A DNA stretch of 64,000 bases from Auanema rhodensis (lineage: Eukaryota; Animalia; Nematoda): positions 20,150,001 to 20,214,000 of the forward strand of contig OZ059899.1 in assembly GCA_964057225.1 (NCBI GenBank), read 5' to 3'. Both the position numbers and the translations under genes were made by a program. Under the pieces are notes generated by a model, which saw nothing but the letters and a program-made list of their open reading frames with translations, did no database searches and was not told the DNA's origin. Positions 11,530-25,708 of this stretch are shown here, one piece after another (within the stretch, counting starts at the first letter, position 1; every line of letters begins with the position of its first letter).

Positions 11530-14500
11530 AGATGCGGTTTTCAAAATTAGATTCCTCATTTCCATATTAGTCTAAAAACGAATTTTTATTGATATTGGTG
11601 CATGGTAACCATGACTTTGAAATTTACGTGAACTTTAATTTATGCTAATTAAACGTACACGTGGTGTGCACTCGGTATGTAACTCGCTTCACGTGTAAGA
11701 TAAAGAGATGCGGTTTTCAAAATTAGATTCCCCATGTCCATATTAGTCTAAAAACAAATTTTTATTGATATTGGTGCATGGTAACCATGACTTTGAAATT
11801 TACGTGAACTTTAATTTATGCTAATTAAACGTACATGTGGTGTGCACTCGGTATGTAACTCGCTTCACGTGTAAGATAAAGAGATGCGGTTTTCAAAATT
11901 AGATTCCCCATGTCCATATTAGTCTAAAAACAAATTTTTATTGATATTGGTGCATGGTAACCATGACTTTGAAATTTACGTGAACTTTAATTTATGCTAA
12001 TTAAATGTACACGTGGTGTGCACTCGGTATGTAACTCGCTTCACGTGAAAGATAAAGAGATGCGGTTTTCAAAATTAGATTCCTCATTTCCATATTAGTC
12101 TAAAAACGAATTTTTATTGATATTGGTGCATGGTAACCATGACTTTGAAATTTACGTGAACTTTAATTTATGCTAATTAAACGTACACGTGGTGTGCACT
12201 CGGTATGTAACTCGCTTCACGTGTAAGATAAAGAGATGCGGTTTTCAAAATTAGATTCCCCATGTCCATATTAGTCTAAAAACAAATTTTAATTGATATT
12301 GGTGCATGGTAACCATGACTTTGAATTTTACGTGAACTTTAATTTATGCTAATTAAACGTACACGTGGTGTGCACTCGGTATGTAACTCGCTTCACGTGT
12401 AAGATAAAGAGATGCGGTTTTCAAAATTAGATTCCCCATGTCCATATTAGTCTAAAAACAATTTTTTACTGATATTGGTGCATGGTAACCATGACTTTGA
12501 AATTTACGTGAACTTTAATTTATGCTAATTAAACGTACACGTGGTGTGCACTCGGTATGTAACTCGCTTCACGTGTAAGATAAAGAGATGCGGTTTTCAA
12601 AATTAGATTCCCCATGTCCATATTAGTCTAAAAACAAATTTTTATTGATATTGGTGCATGGTAACCATGATTTTGCAATTTACGTGAACTTTAATTTATG
12701 CTAATTAAACGTACACGTGGTGTGCACTCGGTATGTAACTCGCTTCACGTGTAAGATAAAGAGATGCAGTTTTCAAAATTAGATTCCCCATGTCCATATT
12801 AGTCTAAAAACAAATTTTTTTTTGATATTGGTGCATGGTAACCATGACTTTGAAATTTACGTGAACTTTAATTTATGCTACATAAATCTACACGTGATGT
12901 GCACTTGGTATGTAACTCGCTTCACGTGAAAGATAAAAAGATGCGGTTTTTAAAATTAGATTCCCCATGTCCATATTAGTCTAAAAACAATTTTTTACTG
13001 ATATTGGTGCATGGTAACCATGACTTTGAAATTTACGTGAACTTTAATTTATGCTAATTAAACGTACACGTGGTGTGCACTCGGTATGTAACTCGCTTCA
13101 CGTGTAAGATAAAGAGATGCGGTTTTCAAAATTAGATTCCCCATGTCCATATTAGTCTAAAAACAAATTTTTATTGATATTGGTGCATGGTAACCATGAC
13201 TTTGAAATTTACGTGAACTTTAATTTATGCTAATTAAACGTACACGTGGTGTGCACTCGGTATGTAACTCGCTTCACGTGTAAGATAAAGAGATGCGGTT
13301 TTCAAAATTAGATTCCCCATGTCCATATTAGTCTAAAAACAAATTTTTATTGATATTGGTGCATGGTAACCATGACTTTGAAATTTACGTGAACTTTAAT
13401 TTATGCTAATTAAATGTACACGTGGTGTGCACTCGGTATGTAACTCGCTTCACGTGAAAGATAAAGAGATGCGGTTTTCAAAATTAGATTCCTCATTTCC
13501 ATATTAGTCTAAAAACGAATTTTTATTGATATTGGTGCATGGTAACCATGACTTTGAAATTTACGTGAACTTTAATTTATGCTAATTAAACGTACACGTG
13601 GTGTGCACTCGGTATGTAAGTCGCTTCACGTGAAAGATAAAGAGATGCGGTTTTCAAAATTAGATTCCTCATTTCCATATTAGTCTAAAAACGAATTTTT
13701 ATTGATATTGGTGCATGGTAACCATGACTTTGAAATTTACGTGAACTTTAATTTATGCTAATTAAACGTACACGTGGTGTGCACTCGGTATGTAACTCGC
13801 TTCACGTGTAAGATAAAGAGATGCGGTTTTCAAAATTAGATTCCCCATGTCCATATTAGTCTAAAAACAAATTTTTATTGATATTGGTGCATGGTAACCA
13901 TGACTTTGAAATTTACGTGAACTTTAATTTATGCTAATTAAACGTACACGTGGTGTGCACTCGGTATGTAACTCGCTTCACGTGTAAGATAAAGATATGC
14001 GGTTTTCAAAATTAGATTCCCCATGTCCATATTAGTCTAAAAACAAATTTTTATTGATATTGGTGCATGGTAACCATGATTTTGAAATTTACGTGAACTT
14101 TAATTCATGTTAATTAAATGTACACGTGGTGTGCACTCGGTATGTAACTCGCTTCACGTGGAAGATAAAGAGATGCAGTTATCAAAATTAGATTCCCCAT
14201 GTCCATATTAGTCTAAAAACAATTTTTTACTGATATTGGTGCATGGTAACCATGATTTTGAAATTTACGTGAACTTTAATTTATGCTAATTAAACGTACA
14301 CGTGGTGTGCACTCGGTATGTAACTCGCTTCACGTGGAAGATAAAGAGATGCGGTTTTCAAAATTAGATTCCCCATGTCCATATTAGTCTAAAAACAAAT
14401 TTTTTTTGATATTGGTGCATGGTAACCATGATTTTGAAAAATACGTGAACTTTAATTTATGCTAATTAAATGTACACGTGGTGTGCACTCGGTATGTAAC

Positions 14501-15150
14501 TCGCTTCACGTGAAAGTAAAAGAGATGCGATTTTCAAAATTAGATTCCCCATGTCCATATTAGTCTAAAAACAAATTTTTATTGATATTGGTGCATGGTA
14601 ACCATGACTTTGAATTTTACGTGAACTTTAATTTATGCTAATTAAACGTACACGTGGTGTGCACTCGGTATGTAACTCGCTTCACGTGAAAGATAAAGAG
14701 ATGCGGTTTTCAAAATTAGATTCCCCATGTCCATATTAGTCTAAAAACAAATTTTTATTGATATTGGTGCATGGTAACCATGACTTTGAAATTTACGTGA
14801 ACTTTAATTTATGCTACATAAATGTACACGTGATGTGCACTTGGTATGTAACTCGCTTCACGTGAAAGATAAAAAGATGCAGTTTTTAAAATTAGATTCC
14901 CCATGTCCATATTAGTCTAAAAACAATTTTTTACTGATATTGGTGCATGGTAACCATAACTTTGAAATTTACGTGAACTTTAGTTTATGCTTATTAAACG
15001 TACACGTGGTGTGCACTCGGTATGTAACTCGCTTCACGTGAAAGATAAAGAGATGCAGTTATCAAAATTAGATTCCCCATGTCCATATTAGTCTAAAAAC
15101 AAATTTTTATTGATATTGGTGCATGGTAACCATGACTTTGAAATTTACGT
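11530..15150. repeat. ~20-monomer block duplicated at ~22450-26240 (offset 10,917, then 11,093)
   Basis: Offset +10917: 11556/22473, 12084/23001, 12676/23593, 13493/24410. Offset +11093: 13669/24762, 13996/25089, 14517/25610, 14958/26051. Boundaries are approximate. Confidence 0.88.
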
Positions 15151-18100
15151 GAACTTTAATTTATGCTAATTAAATGTACACGTGGTGTGCACTCGGTATG
15201 TAACTCGCTTCACGTGAAAGATAAAGAGATGCAGTTATCAAAATTAGATTCCCCATGTCCATATTAGTCTAAAAACAAATTTTTATTGATATTGGTGCAT
15301 GGTAACCATGACTTTGAAATTTACGTGAACTTTAATTTATGCTACATAAATCTACACGTGATGTGCACTTGGTATGTAACTCGCTTCACGTGAAAGATAA
15401 AGAGATGCGGTTTTCAAAATTAGATTCCCCATGTCCATATTAGTCTAAAAACAAATTTTTATTGATATTGGTGCATGGTAACCATGACTTTGAAATTTAC
15501 GTGAACTTTAATTTATGCTAATTAAATGTACACGTGGTGTGCACTCGGTATGTAACTCGCTTCACGTGAAAGATAAAGAGATGCAGTTATCAAAATTAGA
15601 TTCCCCATGTCCATATTAATCTAAAAACAAATTTTTATTGATATTGGTGCATGGTAACCATGACTTTGAAATTTACGTGAACTTTAATTTATGCTACATA
15701 AATCTACACGTGATGTGCACTTGGTATGTAACTCGCTTCACGTGAAAGATAAAGAGATGCGGTTTTCAAAATTAGATTCCCCATGTCCATATTAGTCTAA
15801 AAACAATTTTTTACTGATATTGGTGCATGGTAACCATGACTTTGAAATTTACGTGAACTTTAATTTATGCTAATTAAACGTACACGTGGTGTGCACTCGG
15901 TATGTAACTCGCTTCACGTGTAAGATAAAGAGATGCGGTTTTCAAAATTAGATTCCCCATGTCCATATTAGTCTAAAAACAAATTTTTATTGATATTGGT
16001 GCATGGTAACCATGATTTTGCAATTTACGTGAACTTTAATTTATGCTAATTAAACGTACACGTGGTGTGCACTCGGTATGTAACTCGCTTCACGTGTAAG
16101 ATAAAGAGATGCAGTTTTCAAAATTAGATTCCCCATGTCCATATTAGTCTAAAAACAAATTTTTTTTTGATATTGGTGCATGGTAACCATGACTTTGAAA
16201 TTTACGTGAACTTTAATTTATGCTACATAAATCTACACGTGATGTGCACTTGGTATGTAACTCGCTTCACGTGAAAGATAAAAAGATGCGGTTTTTAAAA
16301 TTAGATTCCCCATGTCCATATTAGTCTAAAAACAATTTTTTACTGATATTGGTGCATGGTAACCATGACTTTGAAATTTACGTGAACTTTAATTTATGCT
16401 AATTAAACGTACACGTGGTGTGCACTCGGTATGTAAGTCGCTTCACGTGAAAGATAAAGAGATGCGGTTTTCAAAATTAGATTCCTCATTTCCATATTAG
16501 TCTAAAAACGAATTTTTATTGATATTGGTGCATGGTAACCATGACTTTGAAATTTACGTGAACTTTAATTTATGCTAATTAAACGTACACGTGGTGTGCA
16601 CTCGGTATGTAACTCGCTTCACGTGTAAGATAAAGAGATGCGGTTTTCAAAATTAGATTCCCCATGTCCATATTAGTCTAAAAACAAATTTTTATTGATA
16701 TTGGTGCATGGTAACCATGACTTTGAAATTTACGTGAACTTTAATTTATGCTAATTAAACGTACACGTGGTGTGCACTCGGTATGTAACTCGCTTCACGT
16801 GTAAGATAAAGATATGCGGTTTTCAAAATTAGATTCCCCATGTCCATATTAGTCTAAAAACAAATTTTTATTGATATTGGTGCATGGTAACCATGATTTT
16901 GAAATTTACGTGAACTTTAATTCATGTTAATTAAATGTACACGTGGTGTGCACTCGGTATGTAACTCGCTTCACGTGGAAGATAAAGAGATGCAGTTATC
17001 AAAATTAGATTCCCCATGTCCATATTAGTCTAAAAACAAATTTTTATTGATATTGGTGCATGGTAACCATGACTTTGAAATTTACGTGAACTTTAATTTA
17101 TGCTAATTAAATGTACACGTGGTGTGCACTCGGTATGTAACTCGCTTCACGTGAAAGATAAAGAGATGCAGTTATCAAAATTAGATTCCCCATGTCCATA
17201 TTAATCTAAAAACAAATTTTTATTGATATTGGTGCATGGTAACCATGACTTTGAAATTTACGTGAACTTTAATTTATGCTACATAAATCTACACGTGATG
17301 TGCACTTGGTATGTAACTCGCTTCACGTGAAAGATAAAGAGATGCGGTTTTCAAAATTAGATTCCCCATGTCCATATTAGTCTAAAAACAAATTTTTATT
17401 GATATTGGTGCATGGTAACCATGACTTTGAAATTTACGTGAACTTTAATTTATGCTACATAAATCTACACGTGATGTGCACTTGGTATGTAACTCGCTTC
17501 ACGTGAAAGATAAAAAGATGCGGTTTTCAAAATTAGATTCCCCATGTCCATATTAGTCTAAAAACAAATTTTTATTGATATTGGTGCATGGTAACCATGA
17601 CTTTGAAATTTACGTGAACTTTAATTTATGCTAATTAAATGTACACGTGGTGTGCACTCGGTATGTAACTCGCTTCACGTGAAAGATAAAGAGATGCAGT
17701 TATCAAAATTAGATTCCCCATGTCCATATTAGTCTAAAAACAAATTTTTATTGATATTGGTGCATGGTAACCATGACTTTGAAATTTACGTGAACTTTAA
17801 TTTATGCTACATAAATCTACACGTGATGTGCACTTGGTATGTAACTCGCTTCACGTGAAAGATAAAGAGATGCGGTTTTCAAAATTAGATTCCCCATGTC
17901 CATATTAGTCTAAAAACAAATTTTTATTGATATTGGTGCATGGTAACCATGACTTTGAAATTTACGTGAACTTTAATTTATGCTAATTAAACGTACACGT
18001 GGTGTGCACTCGGTATGTAACTCGCTTCACGTGTAAGATAAAGAGATGCGGTTTTCAAAATTAGATTCCCCATGTCCATATTAGTCTAAAAACAAATTTT

Positions 18101-21100
18101 TATTGATATTGGTGCATGGTAACCATGACTTTGAATTTTACGTGAACTTTAATTTATGCTAATTAAACGTACACGTGGTGTGCACTCGGTATGTAACTCG
18201 CTTCACGTGAAAGATAAAGAGATGCGGTTTTCAAAATTAGATTCCCCATGTCCATATTAGTCTAAAAACAAATTTTTATTGATATTGGTGCATGGTAACC
18301 ATGACTTTGAAATTTACGTGAACTTTAATTTATGCTACATAAATCTACACGTGATGTGCACTTGGTATGTAACTCGCTTCACGTGAAAGATAAAAAGATG
18401 CGGTTTTTAAAATTAGATTCCCCATGTCCATATTAGTCTAAAAACAATTTTTTACTGATATTGGTGCATGGTAACCATGACTTTGAAATTTACGTGAACT
18501 TTAATTTATGCTAATTAAACGTACACGTGGTGTGCACTCGGTATGTAACTCGCTTCACGTGTAAGATAAAGAGATGCGGTTTTCAAAATTAGATTCCCCA
18601 TGTCCATATTAGTCTAAAAACAAATTTTTATTGATATTGGTGCATGGTAACCATGACTTTGAAATTTACGTGAACTTTAATTTATGCTAATTAAACGTAC
18701 ACGTGGTGTGCACTCGGTATGTAACTCGCTTCACGTGTAAGATAAAGAGATGCGGTTTTCAAAATTAGATTCCCCATGTCCATATTAGTCTAAAAACAAA
18801 TTTTTATTGATATTGGTGCATGGTAACCATGACTTTGAAATTTACGTGAACTTTAATTTATGCTGATTAAACGTACACGTGGTGTGCACTCGGTATGTAA
18901 CTCGCTTCACGTGTAAGATAAAGAGATGCGGTTTTCGAAATTAGATTCCCCATGTCCATATTAGTCTAAAAACAAATTTTTATTGATATTGGTGCATGGT
19001 AACCATGATTTTGAAATTTACGTGAACTTTAATTCATGCTAATTAAATGTACACGTGGTGTGCACTCGGTATGTAACTCGCTTCACGTGAAAGATAAAGA
19101 GATGCAGTTATCAAAATTAGATTCCCCATGTCCATATTAGTCTAAAAACAAATTTTTATTGATATTGGTGCATGGTAACCATGATTTTGAAATTTACGTG
19201 AACTTTAATTTATGCTAATTAAACGTACACGTGGTGTGCACTCGGTATGTAACTCGCTTCACGTGAAAGATAAAGAGATGCGGTTTTCAAAATTAGATTC
19301 CCCATGTCCATATTAGTCTAAAAACAAATTTTTTTTGATATTGGTGCATGGTAACCATGATTTTGAAATTTACGTGAACTTTAATTTATGCTAATTAAAT
19401 GTACACGTGGTGTGCACTTGGTATGTAACTCGCTTCACGTGAAAGATAAAGAGATGCAGTTATCAAAATTAGATTCCCCATGTCCATATTAGTCTAAAAA
19501 CAAATTTTTATTGATATTGGTGCATGGTAACCATGACTTTGAAATTTACGTGAACTTTAATTTATGCTACATAAATCTACACGTGATGTGCACTTGGTAT
19601 GTAACTCGCTTCACGTGAAAGATAAAAAGATGCGGTTTTTAAAATTAGATTCCCCATGTCCATATTAGTCTAAAAACAATTTTTTACTGATATTGGTGCA
19701 TGGTAACCATGACTTTGAAATTTACGTGAACTTTAATTTATGCTAATTAAACGTACACGTGGTGTGCACTCGGTATGTAACTCGCTTCACGTGTAAGATA
19801 AAGAGATGCGGTTTTCAAAATTAGATTCCCCATGTCCATATTAGTCTAAAAACAAATTTTTATTGATATTGGTGCATGGTAACCATGATTTTGAAATTTA
19901 CGTGAACTTTAATTTATGCTAATTAAACGTACACGTGGTGTGCACTCGGTATGTAACTCGCTTCACGTGTAAGATAAAGAGATGCGGTTTTCAAAATTAG
20001 ATTCCCCATGTCCATATTAGTCTAAAAACAAATTTTTTTTTGATATTGGTGCATGGTAACCATGACTTTGAAATTTACGTGAACTTTAATTTATGCTACA
20101 TAAATCTACACGTGATGTGCACTTGGTATGTAACTCGCTTCACGTGAAAGATAAAAAGATGCGGTTTTTAAAATTAGATTCCCCATGTCCATATTAGTCT
20201 AAAAACAATTTTTTACTGATATTGGTGCATGGTAACCATGACTTTGAAATTTACGTGAACTTTAATTTATGCTAATTAAACGTACACGTGGTGTGCACTC
20301 GGTATGTAACTCGCTTCACGTGTAAGATAAAGAGATGCGGTTTTCAAAATTAGATTCCCCATGTCCATATTAGTCTAAAAACAAATTTTTATTGATATTG
20401 GTGCATGGTAACCATGACTTTGAAATTTACGTGAACTTTAATTTATGCTAATTAAACGTACACGTGGTGTGCACTCGGTATGTAACTCGCTTCACGTGTA
20501 AGATAAAGAGATGCGGTTTTCAAAATTAGATTCCCCATGTCCATATTAGTCTAAAAACAAATTTTTATTGATATTGGTGCATGGTAACCATGACTTTGAA
20601 ATTTACGTGAACTTTAATTTATGCTAATTAAACGTACACGTGGTGTGCACTCGGTATGTAACTCGCTTCACGTGAAAGATAAAAAGATGCGGTTTTTAAA
20701 ATTAGATTCCCCATGTCCATATTAGTCTAAAAACAATTTTTTACTGATATTGGTGCATGGTAACCATGACTTTGAAATTTACGTGAACTTTAATTTATGC
20801 TAATTAAACGTACACGTGGTGTGCACTCGGTATGTAACTCGCTTCACGTGTAAGATAAAGAGATGCGGTTTTCAAAATTAGATTCCCCATGTCCATATTA
20901 GTCTAAAAACAAATTTTTATTGATATTGGTGCATGGTAACCATGATTTTGAAATTTACGTGAACTTTAATTTATGCTAATTAAACGTACACGTGGTGTGC
21001 ACTCGGTATGTAACTCGCTTCACGTGTAAGATAAAGAGATGCGGTTTTCAAAATTAGATTCCCCATGTCCATATTAGTCTAAAAACAAATTTTTTTTTGA

Positions 21101-24100
21101 TATTGGTGCATGGTAACCATGACTTTGAAATTTACGTGAACTTTAATTTATGCTACATAAATCTACACGTGATGTGCACTTGGTATGTAACTCGCTTCAC
21201 GTGAAAGATAAAAAGATGCGGTTTTTAAAATTAGATTCCCCATGTCCATATTAGTCTAAAAACAATTTTTTACTGATATTGGTGCATGGTAACCATGACT
21301 TTGAAATTTACGTGAACTTTAATTTATGCTAATTAAACGTACACGTGGTGTGCACTCGGTATGTAACTCGCTTCACGTGTAAGATAAAGAGATGCGGTTT
21401 TCAAAATTAGATTCCCCATGTCCATATTAGTCTAAAAACAATTTTTTACTGATATTGGTGCATGGTAACCATGACTTTGAAATTTACGTGAACTTTAATT
21501 TATGCTAATTAAATGTACACGTGGTGTGCACTCGGTATGTAACTCGCTTCACGTGAAAGATAAAGAGATGCGGTTTTCAAAATTAGATTCCTCATTTCCA
21601 TATTAGTCTAAAAACGAATTTTTATTGATATTGGTGCATGGTAACCATGACTTTGAAATTTACGTGAACTTTAATTTATGCTAATTAAACGTACACGTGG
21701 TGTGCACTCGGTATGTAACTCGCTTCACGTGTAAGATAAAGAGATGCGGTTTTCAAAATTAGATTCCCCATGTCCATATTAGTCTAAAAACAAATTTTAA
21801 TTGATATTGGTGCATGGTAACCATGACTTTGAAATTTACGTGAACTTTAATTTATGCTACATAAATCTACACGTGATGTGCACTTGGTATGTAACTCGCT
21901 TCACGTGAAAGATAAAAAGATGCGGTTTTTAAAATTAGATTCCCCATGTCCATATTAGTCTAAAAACAAATTTTTTTTTGATATTGGTGCATGGTAACCA
22001 TGACTTTGAAATTTACGTGAACTTTAATTTATGCTACATAAATCTACACGTGGTGTGCACTCGGTATGTAACTCGCTTCACGTGTAAGATAAAGAGATGC
22101 GGTTTTCAAAATTAGATTCCCCATGTCCATATTAGTCTAAAAACAAATTTTTATTGATATTGGTGCATGGTAACCATGACTTTGAAATTTACGTGAACTT
22201 TAATTTATGCTAATTAAACGTACACGTGGTGTGCACTCGGTATGTAACTCGCTTCACGTGTAAGATAAAGAGATGCGGTTTTCAAAATTAGATTCCCCAT
22301 GTCCATATTAGTCTAAAAACAAATTTTTATTGATATTGGTGCATGGTAACCATGACTTTGAAATTTACGTGAACTTTAATTTATGCTAATTAAATGTACA
22401 CGTGGTGTGCACTCGGTATGTAACTCGCTTCACGTGAAAGATAAAGAGATGCGGTTTTCAAAATTAGATTCCTCATTTCCATATTAGTCTAAAAACGAAT
22501 TTTTATTGATATTGGTGCATGGTAACCATGACTTTGAAATTTACGTGAACTTTAATTTATGCTAATTAAACGTACACGTGGTGTGCACTCGGTATGTAAC
22601 TCGCTTCACGTGTAAGATAAAGAGATGCGGTTTTCAAAATTAGATTCCCCATGTCCATATTAGTCTAAAAACAAATTTTAATTGATATTGGTGCATGGTA
22701 ACCATGACTTTGAAATTTACGTGAACTTTAATTTATGCTAATTAAACGTACACGTGGTGTGCACTCGGTATGTAACTCGCTTCACGTGTAAGATAAAGAG
22801 ATGCGGTTTTCAAAATTAGATTCCCCATGTCCATATTAGTCTAAAAACAAATTTTTATTGATATTGGTGCATGGTAACCATGACTTTGAAATTTACGTGA
22901 ACTTTAATTTATGCTAATTAAATGTACACGTGGTGTGCACTCGGTATGTAACTCGCTTCACGTGAAAGATAAAGAGATGCGGTTTTCAAAATTAGATTCC
23001 TCATTTCCATATTAGTCTAAAAACGAATTTTTATTGATATTGGTGCATGGTAACCATGACTTTGAAATTTACGTGAACTTTAATTTATGCTAATTAAACG
23101 TACACGTGGTGTGCACTCGGTATGTAACTCGCTTCACGTGTAAGATAAAGAGATGCGGTTTTCAAAATTAGATTCCCCATGTCCATATTAGTCTAAAAAC
23201 AAATTTTAATTGATATTGGTGCATGGTAACCATGACTTTGAAATTTACGTGAACTTTAATTTATGCTAATTAAACGTACACGTGGTGTGCACTCGGTATG
23301 TAACTCGCTTCACGTGTAAGATAAAGAGATGCGGTTTTCAAAATTAGATTCCCCATGTCCATATTAGTCTAAAAACAATTTTTTACTGATATTGGTGCAT
23401 GGTAACCATGACTTTGAAATTTACGTGAACTTTAATTTATGCTAATTAAACGTACACGTGGTGTGCACTCGGTATGTAACTCGCTTCACGTGTAAGATAA
23501 AGAGATGCGGTTTTCAAAATTAGATTCCCCATGTCCATATTAGTCTAAAAACAAATTTTTATTGATATTGGTGCATGGTAACCATGATTTTGCAATTTAC
23601 GTGAACTTTAATTTATGCTAATTAAACGTACACGTGGTGTGCACTCGGTATGTAACTCGCTTCACGTGTAAGATAAAGAGATGCAGTTTTCAAAATTAGA
23701 TTCCCCATGTCCATATTAGTCTAAAAACAAATTTTTTTTTGATATTGGTGCATGGTAACCATGACTTTGAAATTTACGTGAACTTTAATTTATGCTACAT
23801 AAATCTACACGTGATGTGCACTTGGTATGTAACTCGCTTCACGTGAAAGATAAAAAGATGCGGTTTTTAAAATTAGATTCCCCATGTCCATATTAGTCTA
23901 AAAACAATTTTTTACTGATATTGGTGCATGGTAACCATGACTTTGAAATTTACGTGAACTTTAATTTATGCTAATTAAACGTACACGTGGTGTGCACTCG
24001 GTATGTAACTCGCTTCACGTGTAAGATAAAGAGATGCGGTTTTCAAAATTAGATTCCCCATGTCCATATTAGTCTAAAAACAAATTTTTATTGATATTGG

Positions 24101-25708
24101 TGCATGGTAACCATGACTTTGAAATTTACGTGAACTTTAATTTATGCTAATTAAACGTACACGTGGTGTGCACTCGGTATGTAACTCGCTTCACGTGTAA
24201 GATAAAGAGATGCGGTTTTCAAAATTAGATTCCCCATGTCCATATTAGTCTAAAAACAAATTTTTATTGATATTGGTGCATGGTAACCATGACTTTGAAA
24301 TTTACGTGAACTTTAATTTATGCTAATTAAATGTACACGTGGTGTGCACTCGGTATGTAACTCGCTTCACGTGAAAGATAAAGAGATGCGGTTTTCAAAA
24401 TTAGATTCCTCATTTCCATATTAGTCTAAAAACGAATTTTTATTGATATTGGTGCATGGTAACCATGACTTTGAAATTTACGTGAACTTTAATTTATGCT
24501 AATTAAACGTACACGTGGTGTGCACTCGGTATGTAACTCGCTTCACGTGTAAGATAAAGAGATGCGGTTTTCAAAATTAGATTCCCCATGTCCATATTAG
24601 TCTAAAAACAAATTTTAATTGATATTGGTGCATGGTAACCATGACTTTGAAATTTACGTGAACTTTAATTTATGCTAATTAAACGTACACGTGGTGTGCA
24701 CTCGGTATGTAACTCGCTTCACGTGAAAGATAAAGAGATGCGGTTTTCAAAATTAGATTCCTCATTTCCATATTAGTCTAAAAACGAATTTTTATTGATA
24801 TTGGTGCATGGTAACCATGACTTTGAAATTTACGTGAACTTTAATTTATGCTAATTAAACGTACACGTGGTGTGCACTCGGTATGTAACTCGCTTCACGT
24901 GTAAGATAAAGAGATGCGGTTTTCAAAATTAGATTCCCCATGTCCATATTAGTCTAAAAACAAATTTTTATTGATATTGGTGCATGGTAACCATGACTTT
25001 GAAATTTACGTGAACTTTAATTTATGCTAATTAAACGTACACGTGGTGTGCACTCGGTATGTAACTCGCTTCACGTGTAAGATAAAGATATGCGGTTTTC
25101 AAAATTAGATTCCCCATGTCCATATTAGTCTAAAAACAAATTTTTATTGATATTGGTGCATGGTAACCATGATTTTGAAATTTACGTGAACTTTAATTCA
25201 TGTTAATTAAATGTACACGTGGTGTGCACTCGGTATGTAACTCGCTTCACGTGGAAGATAAAGAGATGCAGTTATCAAAATTAGATTCCCCATGTCCATA
25301 TTAGTCTAAAAACAATTTTTTACTGATATTGGTGCATGGTAACCATGATTTTGAAATTTACGTGAACTTTAATTTATGCTAATTAAACGTACACGTGGTG
25401 TGCACTCGGTATGTAACTCGCTTCACGTGAAAGATAAAGAGATGCGGTTTTCAAAATTAGATTCCCCATGTCCATATTAGTCTAAAAACAAATTTTTTTT
25501 GATATTGGTGCATGGTAACCATGATTTTGAAAAATACGTGAACTTTAATTTATGCTAATTAAATGTACACGTGGTGTGCACTCGGTATGTAACTCGCTTC
25601 ACGTGAAAGTAAAAGAGATGCGGTTTTCAAAATTAGATTCCCCATGTCCATATTAGTCTAAAAACAAATTTTTATTGATATTGGTGCATGGTAACCATGA
25701 CTTTGAAT

